35,564 nt of DNA. Origin: an uncultured Clostridia bacterium. GTDB lineage: Bacteria > Bacillota > Clostridia > TANB77 > CAG-508. The stretch's first letter is position 1. Every line of letters starts with the position of its first letter. Below, one piece after another: positions 15,056-26,100 of the stretch. The translations under genes and the position numbers were made by a program. The stretch covers positions 1 to 35,564 of the forward strand of contig CALXWQ010000002.1 of NCBI GenBank assembly GCA_944392435.1. The letters are read 5' to 3'. Under the pieces are notes generated by a model. That model ran no database searches. It saw only the letters and a program-made list of their open reading frames with translations, and was not told where the DNA came from.

Positions 15056-17542
15056 TCATTTTTTTGTTATCTTAGCAACTATTACACTCATGTCGTCTTT
15101 TTGGTTACCAAAGTCGTTGTCTATAGCTTCTCCTATAATAATGTCTGCTATTTTTTGTGCATCGTTTGTTTCAATATCTTCTAATAAATATCGTAGCCAT
15201 AATTGTTTATTTACAAATTCTTTATTTGAGTCTATTACTCCATCTGTGCACATTACTAATATGTCTCCATCTTGCAAGTCATAGTCATATACAACCAAAT
15301 CTACATCATTTAAAATTCCTGTTGGTAATGACATTGATTTTAGCAATTGTATATCTCTGCCTCTTTTTACATATGTAGGACAAGCACTGTTTTTTATGAA
15401 TTCCATATTACCATTGTATAGGTCTAATATTTCTATATCTAATGTAGCAAACATATCATCTTCTGTATTTGCTGACAAAGTAGAGTTTATTAATTTTAAA
15501 GATACATCTTTGTCAAATCCTGCTGTTAATAATCTTTCTAGCATTTTTACTGCTATTTTACTGCTTTTCATTGCTTCTGGCCCTGAGCCCATTCCATCAC
15601 TTAATGCTAACAAGTATTTTCCATCTTCTAATTTTATTTGTAATATACTGTCTCCTGAAACAGCTGATCCAGATTTTGTCGATTTTGCTGTTCCTATTTG
15701 TATATTGTAATTATCATCAGATATATATGTAAATTTACATATATCTTTATTTAATCTTATTCCGCATTCTTGTTTTTGCATTACCATTTTTTGATCTAAT
15801 GCTTTACTAAGTATCTTACATATTTTCTTTATATCGCACTCTGTACCATCTGGATTAGCACATTTATCAGTATATACTTCTACTATATATCTTCCAGAAT
15901 CTTTTTGTTCTATTTCAATATTCTTTATTTCGATTTCTTTTTGTTCAAGCAATTTCATGATTTCTTTCTTTTTATCAATGAATTGCTCCTCTTCTTTATT
16001 TATATCTTCTGCAACTTTTGATATTACTTGTGAAACTCCTTTTAGTTGCTCTGATACATTCTTTTTGCTCTCGTCTAGTTTCTTTTTCCATATGAAGTTG
16101 ATTTTGCTTACTCTATATGAGTAGTTAATTGCTTTTACAATTTGGTATACATCTTCTTTTGCCTGTGTTTTTGTATTATCAAATCCAACTATGTAGTTGT
16201 TATTCTTTTCTAGTATTTTTATAAATTCTTTTTCTGTTATAATGTCGTTTTCTAATAAATAGTTAAAAAGATCCGTAACTAGTTGTTCTGTAGGATAATA
16301 CATTTCATCATAAAGCATATTATCTTCTAAATTTTCTATGTTCTTTTTAAGCTCTTCCACAAAAATATCTATATTATTCTTTTCTTGCTCTTTTAATTCC
16401 TTTTCTGTAAGTATTGTTGCAGCTGCTTCTCTATAGCTTTCTGCCATGTCAAATATTGTTTCTGATATACTGTTTAACTTGTATATTGTATCTTTGTTTC
16501 CTTCTAAGTCTCTTTCTGTTGTCTCTGGTAAAAGTTTTGTACTTCCCACCAAATCTTCTATATTAATCTCAATATTTTTAGGAATTGCCAGTAGACCAAG
16601 TGATGCAATTAGTATTTCTTGAAACATTATTAACTGTGTTGTATTACCATTTGTAACATATGCAAATACTACATTTCCAATAGCAAATCCTACTATTACA
16701 CCTATTCTTCCAAATCTGTTTAGAAGCCCTGCAATTAATCCAGATATAGCATAAGCTGCAATCATTATAGGTTCTGAACCTGTAATTACTCCAAGTACAA
16801 CTCCTATGGTTATTCCTCCAGTTGCACCAACAAGCATCCCATTTTTCCAGCCTAATACCAAAACAATTAATATGCTAAGTATATTTTTTATGCTATAACC
16901 AAATATATTTAAATCTCCAAATACTGTTACAGCAATTGATAGTAAAAGGCTTGTACCTATTACTTCCTCTATTGTAAATGCCCTTCTAGTTCCAAAATCT
17001 ATTATCATGGTTATTGCATTTACAAATATTTTATAGAATATGTATGATGTCATTCCAAGCATTATGCTTGTTAATACATCAAATACTAATAATGTACCAA
17101 AAAATTTAGGTATTATTTGAACAATTACCACTGCAAAGAATAAATGTGGACCAATTCTTTTTTGTTCATTAACTCCATCTTGTAATCTTGGCCTAATTAT
17201 AAGTACTGCTACAAAAAATACAAGTGAAGTTATAAAATATACAAGAAGGTCATTAAAACCAAACCTAATAAATGTACCTATAAGTGTTAAAACATACATT
17301 ATGCCTATTGGCCTATTGTTGCTCAGAGCTCCTGCAATAATAGCCAGTCCAAATGGTGCTATTGTAAACATAAGGCTACTATCATCCAGCCCTACCATTG
17401 ACACCATAAATGTAACTATATATAAGAATATATTTTGCTTTGCAAATAGTCTTTTTAACACATCTTTTGTACTAACTTTTTTATTTTCTTCGTCATAATC
17501 AAATTGATTATTTACTCCATCCCTACTTATATTTTGAAACAT
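15056..17542 (-). CDS. spoIIE: Stage II sporulation protein E (multi-TM PP2C phosphatase)
   Basis: About 10 N-terminal TM helices, a central coiled region and a C-terminal PP2C domain (SGDSILQ...LSDGMGSGPEA...CTDGV...DDMSVIVAKI). ATG at 17542 has AAAGGTGA 8 nt upstream; the track start at 17617 has no RBS. Confidence 0.92.
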   Translation of the reverse strand: MFQNISRDGVNNQFDYDEENKKVSTKDVLKRLFAKQNIFLYIVTFMVSMVGLDDSSLMFTIAPFGLAIIAGALSNNRPIGIMYVLTLIGTFIRFGFNDLLVYFITSLVFFVAVLIIRPRLQDGVNEQKRIGPHLFFAVVIVQIIPKFFGTLLVFDVLTSIMLGMTSYIFYKIFVNAITMIIDFGTRRAFTIEEVIGTSLLLSIAVTVFGDLNIFGYSIKNILSILIVLVLGWKNGMLVGATGGITIGVVLGVITGSEPIMIAAYAISGLIAGLLNRFGRIGVIVGFAIGNVVFAYVTNGNTTQLIMFQEILIASLGLLAIPKNIEINIEDLVGSTKLLPETTERDLEGNKDTIYKLNSISETIFDMAESYREAAATILTEKELKEQEKNNIDIFVEELKKNIENLEDNMLYDEMYYPTEQLVTDLFNYLLENDIITEKEFIKILEKNNNYIVGFDNTKTQAKEDVYQIVKAINYSYRVSKINFIWKKKLDESKKNVSEQLKGVSQVISKVAEDINKEEEQFIDKKKEIMKLLEQKEIEIKNIEIEQKDSGRYIVEVYTDKCANPDGTECDIKKICKILSKALDQKMVMQKQECGIRLNKDICKFTYISDDNYNIQIGTAKSTKSGSAVSGDSILQIKLEDGKYLLALSDGMGSGPEAMKSSKIAVKMLERLLTAGFDKDVSLKLINSTLSANTEDDMFATLDIEILDLYNGNMEFIKNSACPTYVKRGRDIQLLKSMSLPTGILNDVDLVVYDYDLQDGDILVMCTDGVIDSNKEFVNKQLWLRYLLEDIETNDAQKIADIIIGEAIDNDFGNQKDDMSVIVAKITKK

Positions 17543-17859
17543 AATCACACTCACCTTTCTTAGGTAGCGATACAATACTGTGTAATTTTTTGCACATAAC
17601 TCTTTTTCATGTATCATACCTTTATTTATGCATTAATGTCTTTTCTTCATGTTTCTCTTTTGTGTATGTAGCTATAACTTTAATGCTACTTAATTATAGT
17701 TCATTTGAAAATACTTTTTTGTCACATTTAATCCATAATATAAAAAAGTTTTTTACAAAATGTGATGTGTTTTTTTCTTTTATTTTCTTTTTTACCAATT
17801 AACCATTATTATTTTACCGCAAAATGGTGCTTTTTTCAAGATTTTGCGGTTAAAAACCC

Positions 17860-17895
17860 AAAAAAGAGAAAGATACTTTAAAAAGTATCCTTCTC
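17860..17895 (-). terminator. Intrinsic terminator of the giant surface-protein operon
   Basis: The minus strand reads GAGAAGGATACTTT..AAAGTATCTTTCTC (one mismatch) followed by TTTTTT. It lies 27 nt after the stop at 17922. Confidence 0.7.
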
Positions 17896-17921
17896 TTCAT
17901 ACTTATTATACTAATCTATCC

Positions 17922-20900
17922 TTACTCTGTTTTGTCTTTTCCTTTAAGTACTTTTCTTCTTATTAGTATAATTCCTCCTATTAACATTGCAGCTATTACT
18001 ACACCTAAGATATAGTAGATACGTACCTCACCAAATGGTGGCAATATAACTATTCTTTCTGCTATGTTTGCATCAACTTCTGATGCATCTTGTAGTGATG
18101 GATCTTGGTTACCTACTACAGAGTAAGCCATTCTTCTACCAACTGTGTTAGATGTCTTAACAATTTCAACCATATTTCCATATGTTAAATCGTCATCTGT
18201 ATTTTCTGGGTTGATTAATTGTGATAATATCAATGTTCTTGTTGTTTTAGCACCAGGTTGTAAATTATCATTTCCATAGCTTTCAGTATGTACTATTGTA
18301 TTGAATGCAGATAACTTTTTAGTTGCTCCACTTTCAAGTTTCTTATTAACCAAATCTTGATTTACATCAGAATGATTTGTTAAATCTTGTACATTTATTA
18401 CCTTCCATCCATCTGCCTTGTTACTTCCATTATTAGCTTCATTATTCTCATCAAATGTTAAATTGTTTTGTACATAATCTACTACTTGGTTAGCAGTAGT
18501 CGTTACTATGCTTGTGCCATTGTTTTCACCTTTATAATAGAAGTCTTTAGTATCATCATCTGCATAATCTGTCTCACCAACGTTTGTTATTTTTATAGTA
18601 TATGTTATTTGAATTGTAGCACCATGCATTATTTCTTGATCCATTGTAAGTTGTATTAAGCCTTTGTCTGTTCCTGATACGTCCTTATCAATTTCTTCTC
18701 TGAATGAATATCTATGTTTGTCATCTTCTCCATAGTATTCGTCATATTTTCCGTCTTTCATATGTTCGTCTATACTATACTCTTTATGGACTTGCCATAA
18801 TGCATTGTTTGCAGCTTCGTTTATATCAAATAGTATAGTTCCATTTGCAAGTGTTACTTTCACGTTTGCAACAGATTTGTCTATCTCAAGTTGTGCCTTA
18901 GGTCTTTCAACTAATCCGAAGTCTATATTGCCTAATACATAGTTACCATTATATTTGTTATCTCCAGTATAATAGTCTTTGCTTGAGTTTTCTCCATTAT
19001 TTTCTGTTTCTTTTAAGCCATCAGTTTGTTGTCTATCATACTCAAACTCTACAACTATAATACCTGTTTCAGCTGTCATTTTAGTTTTGTCAATTAATTC
19101 ATTATATAAATCTCTCATTTCTTCATCGCTATATTCAGTTCCATTATATGTTGGTACTTCATATGGTGATGCTAAAACTTCAGCCACATGGTTTGTAACA
19201 TTATTAGCACTATAATCTATTACACCTTGTCTTATGCTCCAAATATCCTTAGCATCCGAGTAGTTATTTCCCCCTTCTGTTGCTTTGTCTGTTGTATATA
19301 TATCATATCCAAATGTGTCATTAGTTGGACTTCCTTTATTAGGATTATATTTTCCACTTTCATTTTGATTTTGAGTATCTTTATATCCTTGGTATCTGTG
19401 GTCTATATCTGTGTAGTCTGATTGTTCAAGTTCTATTTGATATTGCGTTGACTTAAAGTCTTGACCATTGTAAGATACAATATTGCTTCCAGTACTTCCT
19501 TTAGATTCTGTGCTTAATGCTGTTGCATCAGTGTCACCATATCTAAATCTTATAATATAATCACCTGGAATATATCCTTCATTGAACTCGTATCTTCCTT
19601 CTCCGTTAGTTGTAGTAGTATACCATACATATTCTTTTCCGTCTCTACCCTTTTCAACTAAATCTACAGTAACACCACTTACTTTTGTCTCTTTTTCTTG
19701 TCTTATACCATCACCTATTAAAGCACCATCTACATCTTCAGTTCTTTCATCTTCCCATACAGTACCATTTGCTTTTCTTACTGCATTAGGATCTACAAAT
19801 ATTCTTATTCCTGGAGCTCTATCTGTATCGTCTTCAAAGTTCTTTTCGTATTTTTCTCCTTCTAGGTCTTGGCTTACCAAATTACCTGGGTTAGAATCTC
19901 TATCTAATAATCCCGCTATGTCTCCAGAACCTTTTGTAACTCCATTTGGAAGCTGTGTTCCATCTTTATAATATGTTGCATATCCATTTATTTCTGCAAT
20001 ATTTTCTTTAGGATCATCTTCTCCGTCTGTTATTACTTTTCCAGATCCATCTTTATTCACTTCGAATGTCAAATAAATATCTGCATACTCTCCACTTGCA
20101 AGTTTCTTGTCTGCCAATCCATTTATGTATAAATTCTTATAACCTTTATCAGTTAAATCCTTTTCTGTAGTTGGTCTTTCGGCATCTTCTGATGCTTTTA
20201 CATCAAATGCATTTACACTTGTTATAAATTGATTAGCTGAGGTTGATTCTGCATCTATTTCAGATTGTTCTTGAGACATCATATTCGTATATTCGTCTTC
20301 ACTTACTGCAAAGCTATTGTTTCCGTTTTCTCTATAAGTAATCCAAGATAAGTTTGGCTTATATGTATAGTCTTTGTCATAATAGTCTACTACTTGTTTT
20401 ATTTGGGTTAATGTAGACATTGATTGATTTCTTACTGTAACTTTATATGTTATATACACCTCTAGTGGCTCTCCTGGGTGTCCTTCCATTATTCCTCCAG
20501 ATGTATTAAATTTATAATCTGTATCATAAATTTCTCTGTTATAACCCATACCATAATAGTAATCATAATCTGACATTCTTACATTTATGTCCCAATAAGT
20601 TTGGTTATCTTGACCATCAGCCTTGTTTGTAGGATCTTCGTCTGAATTTCCTGGTGCAGTAGCATTTCTCTTATCATATTTGTATACTACTGTTTTACCA
20701 TTAATCTTCAATGCTGCTCTATAAACATCTTTTCTTAATGTAGCATCAAATTCTTGTCTTCTCCATAAACCTAAGTTGATGTAATATTCTCCATAGTACA
20801 ATGCCTTATATTCGACACCATCTACTATTTCACTTTCTATGTCAAAATATCCATCTATATTGCTATTTGGATCAAAGTCTATCTCTATTCCTTCATCCGT

Positions 20901-23126
20901 AACGTTTATAACAAATTCGTCAAATACTGGATACAAGTCTATTTCTTGACTTTTTGGTGAACCTGAGTATGCTTGTATATATGAGTCTTCAATAAATTGT
21001 ATTTTTCTTTGAAGGTCTTCATCTCCTCCAGCTATTTGTGAATATATACCTTTCATTGCGTTCTCATCTGGGAATGCTTTGTTTGCATTTATATATTCTC
21101 TAACAGCTTTTGAAATTGCACCTTCTGCAAATTCATCTGTCTCTAATCCTAGCTCATCATATAGGTATCCATCAACTAATTGTGTTGTTGTTTGACTATA
21201 TGTTCCATCATCTCCTAAAGTGTATCCCATTAAGTCTATTTGAGAATATGAAGCATTGTATCCATTAGTTGCCCAACCTAGATTGTTTGTAGATGGGTAA
21301 TTTTCTGGATAAGCAGTTATATGACTAAATCTTTGGTCATATGCTTCTCTCGAGATTTCTACACCTTCTATAGTAGAAGAAGCTGATTCTGTACCTTTTG
21401 AAGTTACTTTCCATTCTGTAGTATTAAACAATCCTGCATTAACCATCTCTTCTGCTGATGAATATTGTCCACTACCAGTATTCAAATATTCTGTTGGCAA
21501 ATATCTTTGTCCATTATATTCAAATATTACATAGTATTTTTCCATTGGATTTATTCCTTGGAATAAATATCTACCTTCTTCATCAGTATATGTAGGATTT
21601 ATTCTATGCATTAAATCTTCTTCTGAAATTCCTGCTTCATTAGGGTCTTTTGATAGTTCTGCTATTGTGCCATCTTCTTTATATAGTGTAACTTTTACAT
21701 TCTTTAATCTCTTGTCTATGTTATCTCCGGTTGTATTTATTACACCATCTGCTTTGTCCTCTTTTGTAGCAACTCCATCTTCCCATACATATCCACCTAA
21801 TTCCATCTCTAATTTTATTTTTGGAATATCCTCTGGTGGTTGTCCAGGTGGCCATCCGCCTGGAATCATAATTTCTTGCTCATAGATTGATCTAATAGCA
21901 TCCATTGTTGCAACCCATTGTTGTTTTTCTTCTTTTATCCAACATGTTGCTAAGTTATCCCAACATTTTCTATGATTTTTTCCATGCTCATGATGATTAA
22001 TTTCGTCTATATCATATTTTACTTGATATTTTATACCTTCAAATAATCTATACTCACCATTTGCTAACATATATTTGAATTTAATTTTTAAATATACTCC
22101 TGTAATATAGTTTGGATCTTTTGGTGTTATTCCTTCATTTGGGTCAGATATAATTATTTGGAATCCTTGACCTGGTTCTGGGTATACTTGTTCAGTTTCG
22201 TCAATTTTTAAAGTATCATCTGGTTCAAAGTATTCTGGTTCAACTGAACTACCATAAGAGCCATTTTCTTCTAATACAATTTTCTCTACTTTTATATTGT
22301 CATTTACTAATTCTCCTGCTTCATTATAGCCATAAACCACCATTTCAGAAATTCCTGAAAATGCTGTGTCTCCATATATACCATTTGTGTAATTAATTCT
22401 AAAAGGTCCTATTGTGTATTTACCTGTAGTTGTATTTACTTTAACTCTTACTTTGTCTTCCCCTTCTAATACTGTTTGGTCTTCTGGTTGCAAACCTTTG
22501 TCTCTAACTAGTTCATCATATTCTGCATAGTCAGCAGCTACTTTATCATAGCTAGAACTTCCACCTGATGTAGAACTCATCATAATTCCACCATCTAATC
22601 CTAACTCTGCCATATTCCACATACCATATTGCTTATCTAAAGAGTATTCCCCTATAGGTTCTCCAGAAACAATATATGCAAGTGCAGGAGATAATTTTCC
22701 TCCTCCTCTTTGCCAGAATACAGGCCAGCTATACTTATCTTTATAAGGTTGATCAGGTTTTCTTCTACAAGATTTTTTATATTGTTTACCGTCTAATTCT
22801 TGTATTTGGTCATATGTAAGAGTAGAATCGCTATATCTTATTTCTCCACCTGGTTGTACACAATATATTTGGTATCCTCCATATATTGGTATAGCATGTG
22901 GTGGTGGTTGATGTTCGTGTGCTTCAAACATTCCTGCGTCAACATAATAGTTATATGAGTTTGGGTCTTCTTCTCCTTCTGCTAATTCTCCTATGGAGAT
23001 ACTAGATGTTCGTAAGATACCATCATTAGCATTAACTTCATGGTCGGAAAGTAAAAGCATGCACATTAGTATTGCAATTATTGCTACGAATATCGTCGAT
23101 ACTATACAAACTATTCTCTTACTCAT
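17922..23126 (-). CDS. Very large surface protein (~1,734 aa): signal/anchor, Cys/Gln thioester-domain-like N-terminus, two SdrD-B-like domains, DUF11-like C-terminal domain, C-terminal TM plus basic tail
   Basis: Start ATG at 23126 with AAAGGAGG upstream. SdrD-B-like blocks are GGYVWEDG...GVINT...VKVTLYKEDG...TDEEGRYLFQG and GTVWEDERTEDVDG...VTVDLVEKG...TNGEGRYEFN. The tail is ...VILPPFGEVRIYYILGVVIAAMLIGGIILIRRKVLKGKDKTE. Confidence 0.85.
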   Translation of the reverse strand: MSKRIVCIVSTIFVAIIAILMCMLLLSDHEVNANDGILRTSSISIGELAEGEEDPNSYNYYVDAGMFEAHEHQPPPHAIPIYGGYQIYCVQPGGEIRYSDSTLTYDQIQELDGKQYKKSCRRKPDQPYKDKYSWPVFWQRGGGKLSPALAYIVSGEPIGEYSLDKQYGMWNMAELGLDGGIMMSSTSGGSSSYDKVAADYAEYDELVRDKGLQPEDQTVLEGEDKVRVKVNTTTGKYTIGPFRINYTNGIYGDTAFSGISEMVVYGYNEAGELVNDNIKVEKIVLEENGSYGSSVEPEYFEPDDTLKIDETEQVYPEPGQGFQIIISDPNEGITPKDPNYITGVYLKIKFKYMLANGEYRLFEGIKYQVKYDIDEINHHEHGKNHRKCWDNLATCWIKEEKQQWVATMDAIRSIYEQEIMIPGGWPPGQPPEDIPKIKLEMELGGYVWEDGVATKEDKADGVINTTGDNIDKRLKNVKVTLYKEDGTIAELSKDPNEAGISEEDLMHRINPTYTDEEGRYLFQGINPMEKYYVIFEYNGQRYLPTEYLNTGSGQYSSAEEMVNAGLFNTTEWKVTSKGTESASSTIEGVEISREAYDQRFSHITAYPENYPSTNNLGWATNGYNASYSQIDLMGYTLGDDGTYSQTTTQLVDGYLYDELGLETDEFAEGAISKAVREYINANKAFPDENAMKGIYSQIAGGDEDLQRKIQFIEDSYIQAYSGSPKSQEIDLYPVFDEFVINVTDEGIEIDFDPNSNIDGYFDIESEIVDGVEYKALYYGEYYINLGLWRRQEFDATLRKDVYRAALKINGKTVVYKYDKRNATAPGNSDEDPTNKADGQDNQTYWDINVRMSDYDYYYGMGYNREIYDTDYKFNTSGGIMEGHPGEPLEVYITYKVTVRNQSMSTLTQIKQVVDYYDKDYTYKPNLSWITYRENGNNSFAVSEDEYTNMMSQEQSEIDAESTSANQFITSVNAFDVKASEDAERPTTEKDLTDKGYKNLYINGLADKKLASGEYADIYLTFEVNKDGSGKVITDGEDDPKENIAEINGYATYYKDGTQLPNGVTKGSGDIAGLLDRDSNPGNLVSQDLEGEKYEKNFEDDTDRAPGIRIFVDPNAVRKANGTVWEDERTEDVDGALIGDGIRQEKETKVSGVTVDLVEKGRDGKEYVWYTTTTNGEGRYEFNEGYIPGDYIIRFRYGDTDATALSTESKGSTGSNIVSYNGQDFKSTQYQIELEQSDYTDIDHRYQGYKDTQNQNESGKYNPNKGSPTNDTFGYDIYTTDKATEGGNNYSDAKDIWSIRQGVIDYSANNVTNHVAEVLASPYEVPTYNGTEYSDEEMRDLYNELIDKTKMTAETGIIVVEFEYDRQQTDGLKETENNGENSSKDYYTGDNKYNGNYVLGNIDFGLVERPKAQLEIDKSVANVKVTLANGTILFDINEAANNALWQVHKEYSIDEHMKDGKYDEYYGEDDKHRYSFREEIDKDVSGTDKGLIQLTMDQEIMHGATIQITYTIKITNVGETDYADDDTKDFYYKGENNGTSIVTTTANQVVDYVQNNLTFDENNEANNGSNKADGWKVINVQDLTNHSDVNQDLVNKKLESGATKKLSAFNTIVHTESYGNDNLQPGAKTTRTLILSQLINPENTDDDLTYGNMVEIVKTSNTVGRRMAYSVVGNQDPSLQDASEVDANIAERIVILPPFGEVRIYYILGVVIAAMLIGGIILIRRKVLKGKDKTE

Positions 23127-23142
23127 GTTCTTCCTCCTTTCT

Positions 23143-26100
23143 TTATTTATTTTTTCCATTTAGAACATGTTTCTTTATCTCAAATATACCAAATCCAATT
23201 AGTGCAATTACTACTAATGAAATTGAAGTATACATTACTATTTTACCTGTTACTAATGATACAACTACTGTAGCTTGTGACATATCGTCTTCTGATTCTG
23301 CTTCATTAGCTGGTGTAGAATCTATGTCTTGTAATCCTTGATCATTGTATGCTTCATATATTTCTGCATCATTGTACATTGAACCAAGTACATCTTGTGT
23401 AATTTGTAAGCTAACTATTAAAGTTACTTCTTTTGTTTCTCCTGGTTTTATAACCTCATTTGCTAAACTTGAATTATATATGTTTCCATTATCTGACAAA
23501 TACCAATCTGGGTTTAACTCTGTATTAAATGAAACTTTTTCTGGTAAATAGTCTACTATTTTACTTACATATCCTGGAACAGAACCTTCATTTTTTACTG
23601 CTATTTTATATTCAATTACAGCACTGCTCTTTCCTACGTTTTGTCCTAAAAGTTCTACTTTAGCAAGGTCATGATTGTATTCATAAGTTTGTGTGCCTAT
23701 TGTTGGCGTTGCTAATGTTATTTTACTTACTGTCTTGTCCAATCTTAAGTCAAATCTATTTGCTGTATATAATCCGATGTCTATGTCTCTTGCGTTATCA
23801 CCATTTATTGTAATAGTATCTGTAATTGCTGCAATTCTTCTTTCTCCATTTATTGTAATATTTACATCTATAACATCTGAATTATAGCTTTCATCTACTC
23901 CAGCTTTTTTATACTCTGTTAAGCTGTAATTTGATGAATCATATACAAATACTACTAAATATTCTCCATTAGGTAAATTGTTAAATTGGTATGATCCACT
24001 TTGAGAAGTAGTTGTTATTTTATCTTCATTTGAGTCTGGATCTTTTACAATACTTCCCGTAGTTTTATTTAATAGAAATACTTGAATATCTGATACTCTT
24101 TGCTCTCCTGTATCCCTCTTACCATTCATGTCTGAATCTATCCATGCTGTACCAGAAATTTTGTGCCTATTATTACCTGAAGTTCCTCCTCCAGTATTTC
24201 CATTATGTGCATCTTCATAATATTCTATAATATTGCTTACTTCATTTGTTTGTACCTCATCAAATGATATTGCACTAACAGAAACTCTGTTTATTACTTC
24301 TTTATCGTTTTTGTCTGGTAATAAATTAGCTTTAGCAATAATTGAAATTTCTATAGTTTGTCCTGGCTCTAACACACTTATTGTAAATTCAACTTTTCCA
24401 TTTTTTAATGTTGTTACTTTTTCTTCTTGATTTGCATATGTATATTTTGCCTCTACAAAATCTAATCCTTCTGGTAATTCATCTACTATTTTTACTCCTC
24501 TTGCTGTAGACTCTCCATTATTTTTTACTGTAAATTTGTATGTAACATTTTCTGTTTCTTTTACATATCTTGGTGATGAAGTTAATTCTGAAATTTCTAA
24601 ATCTGGTTTTTCTGCTTTATTTTCTAGTATGTTTGAATATTGTTCTTCTATTCCATCTGCTGTTGCTGTTGGCATTACTGAGAAATTACCCTCTAAGTTT
24701 TCTACTTTTGCATTTAACTCTATAACTTTCATTCTTTCTAATGAGCCAACATTTATTGTAAGCATATTTGTGCTTTCATCATAACTAATTCCATCAGATA
24801 CTTGCTCTTCGCTTGACCATGTATCTTTTACGTATCCACTTTCATATTTCATTCCTTGTGGCAATTGCATTTTTACAGTTGTATTGTTTAGTGTTTTTTC
24901 ATCTGAAATATTTGTTAATTCAATACAATAAATTACTGTATCCCCTGTTTTTAGTACTTGGCCATCTGTTATATATGAAAATGTTTGCATTGAAATAGAG
25001 CCATCTTGTATTTGCAACTTATATTCATTAGATTTTATTTGTCCTTCAAATCCATTAGCTGTAGCAGTAAGTACATTTGTTATTTCTTTTGGAAAACTCT
25101 CTGCTTTTTCAATTGCTTCTTCTTCTTCTGGTGTTAGATTCTCTTGATCTTCTATATCTATAGTTAACATTGTTGTATCATCATCTATTTTTATATAGTA
25201 ACCAATTTCTTTGCTTTCACCTGCTTTTAAGTTACCTACATCTAATGTAATTGAATCTCCCTCTACCTCATAATATCCATTTCCTACTCCGTACTTAAGG
25301 AAAGTTGTATATTCTGGTTTTTGTGCTGTCAATTTAATACCTTCTACGTCTGTTGAGCCAATGTTCTTTACATTTGCTCTCATTTTTACGTATTGTCCTT
25401 CTCTAACAACATCTGCTGTTGATGAAAGTTCAATTTCAAGTTCTGGTCCTTTTCCAGTATCAACTCCCATAACTGGTGATACTTTACTTTCTGGCATAGT
25501 TCCAATTTCTGAATTATTGTCATAGTATACTTTGTACATTGAATATGACTTTTGGTTTGGTTCTAGGTTTTCTGGTATTTCTACATTATATTCAAATTCA
25601 AATTTACTTCCTTCTTGCATTTTAAAGTCATTATTGAATACTATCATATATGATTTAGAAGATGTTTTAGCTTCTGTAGACCATCCATTGTTTGCATCTT
25701 GTAAATCATTTGTTGCATTTTGATTGTCTGAATAGTAAATTGTGTAATTTGAACTATCTATTCCTGCTACTCCTATAGCTGTAGATAACATCATATTAAA
25801 TGTTGAACCTAGTTCTTCGTCTGCATCTATTTTTTTATTTCCTTGTGCTGGTATTCTTCCTAATATTACTACGTTTCCTATTTCGTTTTGATAATTGTTT
25901 ACAATTGTACCATCTATAGTAGCTGTTCTTTTATTAGAATATGTGTCTATTTCTACAGTTTTTGTTTCACCTGAAATAGATGTAACTGATGGCATGTTGT
26001 CTTTGTAATTACTAATTTCATTTGCTGCAATTACTCCAACTGGAGCTACGTAATTTACATCTTGTTCTAATGTTCCTTGTGCATTTGTAGCAACATCATT

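Noticed and set aside
17816-17850. 10-bp hairpin ACCGCAAAAT...ATTTTGCGGT between the giant operon terminator and the spoIIE promoter region, considered as a second terminator.
   Set aside because: It has a 15-nt loop and no T-run after the stem on either strand. A proper terminator sits at 17860-17895, so this is left uncalled.
19582-19971. Plus-strand ORFs embedded antisense in the large minus-strand genes. Examples: 19582-19971, 18979-19215, 21667-21885, 24536-24784, 26312-26602, 31662-32006, 32286-32735, 34411-34668.
   Set aside because: They are shadow ORFs opposite long genuine CDSs. The translations are low-complexity, Ser/Phe/Leu/Ile-rich and lack RBSs. The opposite-strand genes have unmistakable family motifs.
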